From NCBI GenBank assembly GCA_963721455.1, contig CAVRJG010000054.1, positions 96,001-160,000 on the forward strand: 64,000 nucleotides of DNA. The letters run 5' to 3'. Of this stretch, positions 43,868 to 52,651 are shown piece by piece (positions within the stretch are counted from its first letter, which is position 1; every line of letters starts with the position of its first letter). The position numbers and the translations under genes are program-made. Source of the stretch: an uncultured Methanosarcinaceae archaeon. Its GTDB lineage: Archaea > Halobacteriota > Methanosarcinia > Methanosarcinales > Methanosarcinaceae. Below the pieces are notes generated by a model, which was given only the letters and a program-made list of their open reading frames with translations, ran no database searches and was not told where the DNA came from.

Positions 43868-44551
43868 GTGAACTGTATGTGCAATAAGAATTTAACAATA
43901 CCTTTCCCCATTTCTCTTGAACATATTCCTTACCTGTGGGAACGGAGTGATGTTCTTATTCTTCTTGTTGACCTGGATAATTATGATACATTTAATACGG
44001 ACTGCCTCGGCAGGATAGAAATGGAACACCTTGAGGGTTTACAGACCAGTTATTTCAAGAAAAGATACACCGTCTCCAGAACGGTTCTGAAACATATCCT
44101 GTGCAGTATCCTTAACGAACGATCCACCTCCGATATATCCACATATAAAGACGGCCATGGGAGAGTCTGCATCCATAACCACAATGAACTGTACATATGT
44201 ATATCATATACTGAAAGCATTGCAGCCTTTGCAATATCAAAGATTGAGGTCGGTATTGATATCGAGCTTGGAAGAACACTGGCTCTTAAAAATACTCTAA
44301 AATACCTGCGTGAAAAACCTTCATTCACGGACGAACCTTTAAGTAAAACCGATCTTTTAAAAACATGGACTTTGAAAGAAGCCTATTATAAGTTTTCCAA
44401 TAAAAACATGCTTCCTAATTTAAATAAAGACCTGGATCTCAGCAGTGTCAGCCATTCGAGTTATGTTTTAGACAATAAATACATCTTTTCTGTCATTACT
44501 CGCTCGGATTCCCATATTATCAATATAAATCGCCTTCAGAAGATCGACTGA
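43868..44551 (+). CDS. 4'-phosphopantetheinyl transferase (Sfp type)
   Basis: VGIDIE and WTLKEAYYK motifs. Confidence 0.85.
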   Translation: MNCMCNKNLTIPFPISLEHIPYLWERSDVLILLVDLDNYDTFNTDCLGRIEMEHLEGLQTSYFKKRYTVSRTVLKHILCSILNERSTSDISTYKDGHGRVCIHNHNELYICISYTESIAAFAISKIEVGIDIELGRTLALKNTLKYLREKPSFTDEPLSKTDLLKTWTLKEAYYKFSNKNMLPNLNKDLDLSSVSHSSYVLDNKYIFSVITRSDSHIININRLQKID

Positions 44552-44975
44552 AACTGGGACTGAATATGTTCGATAAAATCTAAGGTTTAAAATGGCGTCT
44601 GAAGTGGAAATATAAACGATTGTAATAATAAATACCCAAAAGGAACATCGACCACTTAAGTAGTTCAGGCAACTTTTGAAAGCTGTCACATTAAATCCTG
44701 TGAATATCCGGCGAAACCTCATGTATTTATTTTTCTGTATATTGCAATTTTTTGCATCCTGTAATATCTTTTCTCGACCTTATTTGTGTGCGGGTAATTA
44801 AATCGGTCACACTATTTCTTCCGTGAGGTAGCTAAATTTGTATCATCCGAGTGCACTAAATTGATTTTACTCAAAATTTTCCATTTTTGTCAGAACGTTT
44901 TTGTTAGCGGAAAAGTTTCTCAAATTATTTATATAGTTGTATTACGTATTTAGCAGTGGGGATTTCACGTTATTA

Positions 44976-45012
44976 TGGACAGTGATGTGTGTTACACACA
45001 ATCGATGGTCCA
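44976..45012 (+). promoter_or_regulatory. Imperfect palindrome/hairpin in the leader of the ACP operon
   Basis: tggac-agt-gatgtgtgt-t-acacacaatc-gat-ggtcca lies between a TTTATATA-like box (~44928) and the RBS. Confidence 0.4.
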
Positions 45013-45041
45013 CTAAACGAAAACAAAGGGGATAACAATAC

Positions 45042-45287
45042 ATGGAACAGATAAAGAATGATATAGTCGATTATTTGAAAGCTAATTCTTTTATGGACAA
45101 TAACACCAACTTGAAAGATAATGATTCTCTCACTCAGGACGGCATTATAGATTCCATTGGTCTGCTTGAACTTATGGACTATATCTGTGATAAATATTCT
45201 ATTGTGATTCCTGAAGATATGCTGACACCGGAAAATTTTGACTCGTTGCAGGGAATTACTAATATGATAACCAAACTGGCGAAGTGA
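45042..45287 (+). CDS. Acyl/aminoacyl carrier protein
   Basis: 81 aa, acidic, GIIDSIGLLEL phosphopantetheine-attachment motif, PENFDS. Confidence 0.92.
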   Translation: MEQIKNDIVDYLKANSFMDNNTNLKDNDSLTQDGIIDSIGLLELMDYICDKYSIVIPEDMLTPENFDSLQGITNMITKLAK

Positions 45288-46771
45288 ATAATATGCGAAT
45301 TGATGCGTATATCACAGAATACGCCAGAAATGCTCCTCAAAACATTGCCCTGGAAGAGGGTAAAAGTTCGATTACCTATAGCTGCCTTGATAAGGATATA
45401 AATGCCATTGCTTTACCTTTGATGGATTTTAAGCATTGCAGATTTGCAATACTTGCAGAGTCAGGCATACAGTATATAAAGATCCTCATGGCGGTTTATC
45501 GGTCAGTTAATATCGCAATCCCTCTGCCAATAGAATTTCCTAAATTCAGTCTTGAAAGAATCCTTGATGCTGCCCATATCAATAATATCATTACAACCGA
45601 TACGCAGTATTCAAGATTCGGGGACGATTTTTTTGAGCATTTTGGAACCGTAGTCGTTGTTTCCGGTGATACTTCCGTGGAGATTCTGCATAAGAAGATC
45701 GGAACCGAGTCAAATAATCCGGAACTGCGGCTGGTTCTGTACACTTCCGGCACAACAGGCACTCCAAAAGGGGTAATGTTAAGCGACAGAAACCTGGTAG
45801 CAAACGCAACGTCAATAATAGAGGTACTTGGCATAACCTCCAGAGATAAAGCAGCACTGATAATATCACCACACCACGCTTTTGGAAATTCCATAATTAA
45901 TTCCCACCTGATGGCCGGCGGCTCCATCAGAATTGGAAACATGAATTTTATAGACTCGGTTTTCAACCTTATAAGAGCAGGCGTATCCATATTCTATGGA
46001 GTGCCCAGTACTTACCGTATACTCCTCAGGTATCCAGATAGATTCAAAAAAGCTTTTACTAACGTCAGAACCGCTGCGTCCGCAGGCGGAGGTATGGATC
46101 GGGAAATTGTAAAAGATATTAGAGAGTTTACCACCAATATGGAAATTCTGCCAATGTATGGGCAGACTGAAGCCACAGCAAGGCTTGCCTACCTGCCAGC
46201 AGAAGACGTGGATAAATTCATTGACACTATAGGAAAAGCGATTCCAGGGGTCATGCTGGATGTCTTCGATTCCGAGTCCAGGTCAGTAGAACCTAATATA
46301 ACTGGCGAACTGGTTGCCAGAGGGGATAACATTCTGTTAGGTTATCTGGACGATGAAATTGCCACCGAGAAGAGGATTATAAACGGGTGGCTGCATACCG
46401 GGGATCTCGCACAGAAATTGCCAAATGGGTATATCAGACTGCTGGGACGCAAGGATGATCTTATTAAAATCGGTGATCATCGAGTGAACCCGAGAGAAAT
46501 TGAGAGAAATATAGAAGAAAATAACGAGGTCTCGAAGGTTTTTGTTGTACCTGTAGACCATGAGCTTATGGGAACCGCGATTAGCCTCCTGATCATACCT
46601 GCAGAAGGAACTAAAATCGAAAATTTGTTTGCATTCTGCCGGAAGAGCCTGCCAGGTTACCTCTGCCCAAGAGAAATACTATTCATCGATCATCTGCCCT
46701 TGAGCGAGAACGGGAAAATATCCAATCGATCTATCATAGAGGAATATAAACATGTCAAAGCTAGTATGTAA
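45284..46771 (+). CDS. ANL-superfamily adenylating enzyme (acyl/aminoacyl-ACP or CoA ligase)
   Basis: YTSGTTGTPKG, YGQTEA, TGD, GRKDD and NGKI; start overlaps the ACP stop. Confidence 0.9.
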   Translation: MNNMRIDAYITEYARNAPQNIALEEGKSSITYSCLDKDINAIALPLMDFKHCRFAILAESGIQYIKILMAVYRSVNIAIPLPIEFPKFSLERILDAAHINNIITTDTQYSRFGDDFFEHFGTVVVVSGDTSVEILHKKIGTESNNPELRLVLYTSGTTGTPKGVMLSDRNLVANATSIIEVLGITSRDKAALIISPHHAFGNSIINSHLMAGGSIRIGNMNFIDSVFNLIRAGVSIFYGVPSTYRILLRYPDRFKKAFTNVRTAASAGGGMDREIVKDIREFTTNMEILPMYGQTEATARLAYLPAEDVDKFIDTIGKAIPGVMLDVFDSESRSVEPNITGELVARGDNILLGYLDDEIATEKRIINGWLHTGDLAQKLPNGYIRLLGRKDDLIKIGDHRVNPREIERNIEENNEVSKVFVVPVDHELMGTAISLLIIPAEGTKIENLFAFCRKSLPGYLCPREILFIDHLPLSENGKISNRSIIEEYKHVKASM

Positions 46772-47792
46772 AAAGTGTGTTCTGGATTCGGACATTCCAG
46801 GTATACAGATTAATGAGGAAAGTGGTCTCTGCCATTTCTGCGAGACATATGCTCCTCTTTCTTCACAGGAAAAGAACGAGTATCTGACCAAAATTGAAGA
46901 ACTTTTTGAACAATACAGGGGAAAGGGTAAGTACGACGTTATTTATGCACTTTCCGGTGGAAAAGACTCATCATACACGCTTTACAAACTCAAAAAAGAC
47001 TATCCTTTCCTGAAGGTGCTGGCTGTCCAGTTCGATAACGGGTTCACTTCCGAAGGCGCAATAAAAAACGCAAAAAAGATGTGCAAGATCACAGGCTCCG
47101 ATTATTACCAGCTGACAATGGAAACGGAAATACTTTACGATACATTCAGAAAAGCAGCCGAATCGTACGATGCATTTCCCAAGTTTGCTAAATACCGGGC
47201 AAGTGACATCTGTAATGTCTGTATCACTATCATCAAACAGAAACTGATCGAACAGGCAATTATTCAGAAAGCACCTTTTATTGTATTTGCTTTCACAGCC
47301 GGCCAGTCCCCAAATCCCATTATTAACCTTTCGCCCAATTTTATACAGTGGTCCAGGAACCTATTTAAAAAACAGCTTGAAAAAATAGACGTCGAAGATA
47401 AAGATGAGATATTCCTCCTAAAAAGTAAGGTTATTGAAAATATGGGGGAAACTGCTCTAAGTATCCTGCATCCACTGTGTTTATGGGAGTATAGCGAAGA
47501 TAAAGTGCTGGAGGCACTTCTGGAAATCGGATGGGAACAACCTGGTATCAATGACAGTAATTCAACCAATTGTACATTGAACTCTTTTGCCTGCTATAAT
47601 CACCTGGAAAAATATGGATTCCACCCATATGCCTTTGATACAGCAGGGCTTGTCCGAAGCGGAGAAATGTCGAGGGAAGAAGGATTCGAAAAAATCAACC
47701 AGGAACTGTCACAGCCATTGATAGAAGAAGCTGCACAGAAGCTTAAATTGAATGTAACGAATTCTAAAAAAATGGCAACTGTTCGGATTTGA
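46752..47792 (+). CDS. PP-loop ATP pyrophosphatase, N-acetyl-sugar amidotransferase (WbpG/PseA)-like
   Basis: N-terminal CKKC...CHFC, SGGKDS, DNGF, CNVC and STNC. Confidence 0.75.
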   Translation: MSKLVCKKCVLDSDIPGIQINEESGLCHFCETYAPLSSQEKNEYLTKIEELFEQYRGKGKYDVIYALSGGKDSSYTLYKLKKDYPFLKVLAVQFDNGFTSEGAIKNAKKMCKITGSDYYQLTMETEILYDTFRKAAESYDAFPKFAKYRASDICNVCITIIKQKLIEQAIIQKAPFIVFAFTAGQSPNPIINLSPNFIQWSRNLFKKQLEKIDVEDKDEIFLLKSKVIENMGETALSILHPLCLWEYSEDKVLEALLEIGWEQPGINDSNSTNCTLNSFACYNHLEKYGFHPYAFDTAGLVRSGEMSREEGFEKINQELSQPLIEEAAQKLKLNVTNSKKMATVRI

Positions 47793-47828
47793 TCCTTATA
47801 TAATCAGTCTAATCATGGGGGAAATACT

Positions 47829-48821
47829 ATGCAGGTAGTGAAAGAACTGAATGTGCCGATAATGGAAGAACTGAACAGAGACATCGAAAATTTAGCCTTG
47901 AATATCAGGGGTTTTATCAAAAATCAGATTGTAGGTTTTAAGAAAAAAGGAGCAGTTTTAGGTGTTTCAGGTGGGATTGATTCAGCTGTAGCTCTTACCC
48001 TTTGCGTACAGGAGCTTGGAAAAGAAAACGTGTACGGAATCCTCCTGCCTGAAAAAGAATCGGCTCCTTCCAGTAAAACTCTGGGTGCAGAAATCTGCGA
48101 AAGCCTGGGTGTGGAATATGAGGAGGTTCCCATATCTCCAATCCTGGAATCACTTAACATTTACGAGAAGAAAGAACAGATCATAAAAAGAACCTGCCCA
48201 GAATATGATGCCAGAATACACAAAACGTCACTGGTACTGCCTGATTTCCTTGACCAGGGACTTTTGAATGTTCCTTCTATTCGGCTGATAAAAGATGGGG
48301 AGGCGGTCGCAAAGTACAGGTTGAAGGCAAATGACTATCTGGAACTGATCGGGTTGCAGGGGGTCAAGCAGCGGTCCAGAATGGTAATTCAGTATATGTA
48401 CGCTGAAAAGATGAATTACGTGGTGTGCGGGACAACCAACAAGACCGAACTGATCCTCGGGCAGTTCGTAAAATATGGGGACGGAGGTGTAGATCTCGAA
48501 CCTCTGGCTGACTGTTATAAGACCCAGATCTATGCTCTGGGTAAATACTTGCATATCAATGAAGAGATTATGACGCGCCCTCCAAGTGCTGATACATGGA
48601 GCCATTATACTACTGATGAAGAGTTTTACTGGCGCATGCCCATTCAAACAATGGATCAGTTGCTATATTCTCAGGAACATCATTTACCCTTGCAGGTAAT
48701 TGAAAAGAACACCGGGCTTTCCAGAGACAAGGTCGAAAAAGCTCAAAAACACATTAATAGAATAAGAAATACCACCGAATACGTTCGGGCTGCTCCTCCC
48801 GTTTACTATCTTAACAGATAA
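47829..48821 (+). CDS. NH3-dependent NAD+ synthetase-like protein
   Basis: GVSGGIDS, GTTNKTE, KYGDGG and PPSAD; has an insertion relative to canonical NadE. Confidence 0.8.
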   Translation: MQVVKELNVPIMEELNRDIENLALNIRGFIKNQIVGFKKKGAVLGVSGGIDSAVALTLCVQELGKENVYGILLPEKESAPSSKTLGAEICESLGVEYEEVPISPILESLNIYEKKEQIIKRTCPEYDARIHKTSLVLPDFLDQGLLNVPSIRLIKDGEAVAKYRLKANDYLELIGLQGVKQRSRMVIQYMYAEKMNYVVCGTTNKTELILGQFVKYGDGGVDLEPLADCYKTQIYALGKYLHINEEIMTRPPSADTWSHYTTDEEFYWRMPIQTMDQLLYSQEHHLPLQVIEKNTGLSRDKVEKAQKHINRIRNTTEYVRAAPPVYYLNR

Positions 48822-48999
48822 GCTGGAGAAAGATAAATGCCTGGGGGCAAAGTCGTAATAATCCCAAACCTCAGATTGGAGGAGTTACGGCTTTGCCTGT
48901 AGCAAAAAATCTGATCCTAAACTGCATAGATTACTGCGGTAGATAGGCGGCAGATGATGTAATTATAATTAACATAAATTTATTCAATGTATAAAATGT

Positions 49000-50139
49000 G
49001 TGATTATGGACACCAGGGTTTCTATTGTTCGCTGTAGCGATTATTCAAATGCAAAAGACGCGATAAGAGAGTCGCTTAACCTTATAGGCGGCCTTGAGAA
49101 GATTATAGCTCCTGGCAACCGCGTATTGCTCAAACCCAATGTACTTGCTATTCGACCGCCAGAGGATGCTGTCACAACCCATCCGGCAGTAGTAGCAGCA
49201 ATGTGTGAACTGGTTTCAGAGGCGGGCGGCATTCCAATTATAGGCGACGGCTCCGGCATTGTAAAACCCGGATCTACTACCACTTCGCAGGCATTTAAAG
49301 CATCCGGAATTGAGAATGCTGCTTCCGGTTGCGGGGCAGAACTCATTAATTTTGAGACCTCAGGTTTTGTTGAGGTTGATGTTCCAGGCGCCAGGCAGTT
49401 CTCGCGGCTTCATATCTCAAGAGCAGTACTTGAGGCAGATGTAATAATTTCGCTTCCAAAGCTCAAGACCCATGAACTCACGCTATATACAGGTGCTGTC
49501 AAAAATTTCTTTGGCACCGTGCCTCAGAAAAACCGAAAACAAGCTCACTTCCTGGAAGATCGTGGCCGTTTCGGAGAAGCAGTTGTTGATATATATTCTG
49601 TCGTCAAACCTCAGCTCGCTGTTATGGACGGTGTGGTCGGAATGGAAGGGAATGGCCCGGCCAACGGTACACCTGTTTTTGCAGGCGTGATTATGGCAAG
49701 TTATGACTGCGTAGCCCTGGATATCGTGGCCTCTGAGCTCATAGGAATTGATCCTTTGAAGGTTCCTACAAATAAAGCTGCACTCTCAAGGGGGTTCGGA
49801 ACCGAACATCCTGAGATTACAGGGGTGCCTCTGGACGAGGTAAAGGTCAGATTCAAAAGGCCAGAAGGTGGAATCACTGCCTTCGTACCGTCTTTTCTTA
49901 TGAGGGTCCTTCGAAGGCAGTTAACTGTAAAACCCGTTATCAACACCTCAAGCTGTGCGCTTTGCAAAGCATGTGTTTTGAACTGTTCGGCACATGCCAT
50001 TGAAGAAGCAGGTAGTGCACTCAAAATCAACGAGGAAAAATGCATCCAGTGTTATTGTTGCCGAGAACTTTGCCCTAACGATGCTGTAGAAATTAAAAAA
50101 TCACTGCTTCTAAAGCTTATAACCAGAAGTAAAAGCTAA
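49000..50139 (+). CDS. DUF362 protein with C-terminal 2x[4Fe-4S] domain
   Basis: VLLKPN, TTHP, PKLKTH, TGAVKN..G, DG..GMEGNGP; CALCKAC and CIQCYCCRELCP. Confidence 0.88.
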   Translation: MIMDTRVSIVRCSDYSNAKDAIRESLNLIGGLEKIIAPGNRVLLKPNVLAIRPPEDAVTTHPAVVAAMCELVSEAGGIPIIGDGSGIVKPGSTTTSQAFKASGIENAASGCGAELINFETSGFVEVDVPGARQFSRLHISRAVLEADVIISLPKLKTHELTLYTGAVKNFFGTVPQKNRKQAHFLEDRGRFGEAVVDIYSVVKPQLAVMDGVVGMEGNGPANGTPVFAGVIMASYDCVALDIVASELIGIDPLKVPTNKAALSRGFGTEHPEITGVPLDEVKVRFKRPEGGITAFVPSFLMRVLRRQLTVKPVINTSSCALCKACVLNCSAHAIEEAGSALKINEEKCIQCYCCRELCPNDAVEIKKSLLLKLITRSKS

Positions 50140-50309
50140 CAGAAGAGTTGTCTGGAAGTTCGTTTATTCAGCATGCTGGAAATCAGTGTATTCAGCATAT
50201 TATCAATGTCAAAATTAATTAAGCACGAACTGTAGAAATTTATTTATTAGTTAAAGCACAATTAAAAAGTAGTACAAAATAATTTAACAGTAAAATGGGG
50301 GGTATTAGC

Positions 50310-50843
50310 ATGACTACTGTAGTGTCTACCAGAGATCAAGTAACCTTTCGTGAAGTTGCGGACCATTACCACAGTAATATATTTCTGTTTGGCATGAAAT
50401 ATTTAAAAAACTGGATTCTGGAACGGCTTGCTTCAAGCGCTCCTGTCCCGTCCTGGAGAGCTAAATTACACAGGATGCGGGGTGTAAATCTCGGAAAGAA
50501 TGTATATGTTGGCTATGACGTAATTTTTGATCGGATTCACCCTGAATTAATTACAGTAGGGGATTATGCTGAAATCGGCGATCGGTGCATACTATCTGCA
50601 CATTCGAGAGGGAGTTTGACTACAAGACAGGCATATCCGAGAACTACGGATCCCATAAAAATCGGACGCGGAGCTCTTGTGAATTCGGGATGTATAATCA
50701 CACAGGGTGTCGAAATCGGGGAAAACTCAATAATAGGCATCGGATCCGTAGTTACTCGCGATATCTCTCCAAATAGTCTTGCTCTGGGCTACCCTGCCAG
50801 AGTTGTTAAAAAGCTTGAAGGTGTAGGCGAGCTTCAAACCTGA
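50310..50843 (+). CDS. Hexapeptide-repeat O/N-acyltransferase
   Basis: Left-handed beta-helix repeats, GSVVTRD and GYPARVVK. Confidence 0.85.
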   Translation: MTTVVSTRDQVTFREVADHYHSNIFLFGMKYLKNWILERLASSAPVPSWRAKLHRMRGVNLGKNVYVGYDVIFDRIHPELITVGDYAEIGDRCILSAHSRGSLTTRQAYPRTTDPIKIGRGALVNSGCIITQGVEIGENSIIGIGSVVTRDISPNSLALGYPARVVKKLEGVGELQT

Positions 50844-50860
50844 TTTTAACACCTTCATGA

Positions 50861-51445
50861 TTATTTTTCGGATTTATATTTGAATTCAAAGCCAAATTGA
50901 TTCAAGGCAAACAATGCCATCATTATTATACAGCAAATAAAAAAAACCGATACAAAAGATACTATCAGGTAGTGAAATAGCCCGGTTTCCTGAAAACTTA
51001 TATCCATCATTGAAAATACACTGATATCTTTATCGTATAATGGATAAAGGTACTCGCAGCCGCCTTCACTAATATCATCCAGCAATAGGTGTGAAAGGAG
51101 AGCAGCCTCTGCAAAAAGGCCAAGGTATATTGCCCTGCCAGGCTCCCTGAATATAGCATATCCTGTAATTGTCCCGAACAGGATTGCAGGAAAACTGAAT
51201 AGAATAGAATGTGTTGGAACCGGGCCAATAGAGCAATGTTCCATAGTACCGTTTACGAATAAATTGTAAACAATCATGATATCCGGGAATAAAGCACATA
51301 AACTGCCTACGGACAGCAGCAATAGTAAAGGCATTGAACTCTTGAAAGAGAGTTCCCTCCGAAAAAGTAATCTGAGAGCAGCATAGACTGCTACTGCGTT
51401 GATACACAACACAAAGAATAATACATGTACAACCGGATAGGGCAT
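50861..51445 (-). CDS. Membrane-bound metal-dependent hydrolase (YdjM/DUF457-like)
   Basis: N-terminal H, FPD, THS and SHLLLD motifs; TM segments. Confidence 0.8.
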   Translation of the reverse strand: MPYPVVHVLFFVLCINAVAVYAALRLLFRRELSFKSSMPLLLLLSVGSLCALFPDIMIVYNLFVNGTMEHCSIGPVPTHSILFSFPAILFGTITGYAIFREPGRAIYLGLFAEAALLSHLLLDDISEGGCEYLYPLYDKDISVFSMMDISFQETGLFHYLIVSFVSVFFICCIIMMALFALNQFGFEFKYKSEK

Positions 51446-51578
51446 AAGAAAGCACTTCTAATTATTTTCTAAACATAAAGAACTATTTGAATCTCAGAAA
51501 TAAACTTGTTTCTAAACTATATAACATTTTTTACAAACATCGACTGGGGAAAATATTACCTGAGAAAATCTGATTAAA

Positions 51579-52578
51579 CTGACCTTACACAGATGTCTTC
51601 AAAAAATAACCTTTTTCATGCTATCGTTTTCAGGTAATAACCTAAAAATCTGAAATCATTATCTCGATTCTTACCCAAAAAAACAGAAGTGAAAACTCGT
51701 TAGTTGAATCACAAAGTCTAAAGATGTGAGAGATTTAAGAGATACAGATTACAATAATTCAATATGATTTTGACAAAAAAGATGTCATTAAAAATTGTGA
51801 AAATTGAAAAGACCTGTCGGGTAAGTAGGGAGGATTACTCCTCCTTTCTCCCCTAGGAACCGTACTTGAAAGTTTCCCTTCATACGGCTCGAGTGTTTTC
51901 AAACCCTTTCTGTATCAGGCACCAGTTATTTGCATAACTGATTTTGTGTTCCGGATAACAGCCCACTAACATAATTGTCTGTAAGCCTCTCACCTATTGG
52001 TGTCGTTGAGTATCTTACATTTGTAGGTTTGTTTCCATTCACACAAGAAAACACCATCAGTAAGTCTGCATCCTTTCGGATTGAGGCAAAGTTTGAACCT
52101 CTATCCAATCCATTACAGATTGGCATTCGCTTTTTACTGAATCCTCTACCCTCAATGCCATCGTTATCCCTCGCGGGAGTCCTACCCATAATGGGAGCAT
52201 TTAGGGCTTACCAAGTTCCATACTACGAATAATGTGAATACCTTAGAAGCCATCTATAAACCGAGAATCATTTGTCCATTTGCCATAATGTCCGCAGACC
52301 CATTACAGCCTGATTCTGTACCTTTTGGTTAAGCGTATCAGCCTGCTTTCGCTTATTCCACTTCACGATTCTTACGATGGTTCACTTTATGTTCTTCATA
52401 GTATTCGTATCCTAACCGATTACCAAAGTCAGGTTCCTTGATTTCTCGATAGTGTCCTGTGAGCTTCACACACAAATGTTACCATTTATGCATGTCACAG
52501 TAGGATTACCTCAAATGGAAGAGGTAGCGAATGGTGCAATTCATAGTATAGCTTCTTGTCGCACCTGCGGAAAGTGGG
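51579..52578. mobile_element. MITE family C (251 bp once the intron is removed), carrying a group II intron in its right TIR
   Basis: Left TIR ctgaccttacacagatgtc; split right TIR gacct|ctgcggaaagtggg; 6-bp TSD attaaa (51573-51578, 52579-52584); body homologous to 39315-39564. Confidence 0.88.
51816..52564 (-). ncRNA. ORF-less group II intron ribozyme (749 nt)
   Basis: Minus strand starts GTGCG and ends ...CCCGAC; domain V GAGCCGTATGAAGGGAAACTTTCAAGTACGGTTC followed by a domain VI hairpin; EBS1 CTGCGGA (52291-52297) and EBS2 AAGTGG (52358-52363) complementary to the 5' exon. Confidence 0.95.
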
Positions 52579-52651
52579 ATTAAACTTCAAATGTGCCTGA
52601 TAAATTCTGGAAAGGATTTTCCCTGCCAGTTTATTTACTTCGGACACTGCC

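Noticed and set aside
43868-50843. Calling the ACP cluster an NRPS, PKS or fatty acid synthase
   Set aside because: No condensation, ketosynthase or thioesterase domain is visible
51926-52232. Track ORFs 51926-52189 and 51975-52232 as genes
   Set aside because: They lie inside the intron RNA and have no RT motifs; at most a relic of the RT start
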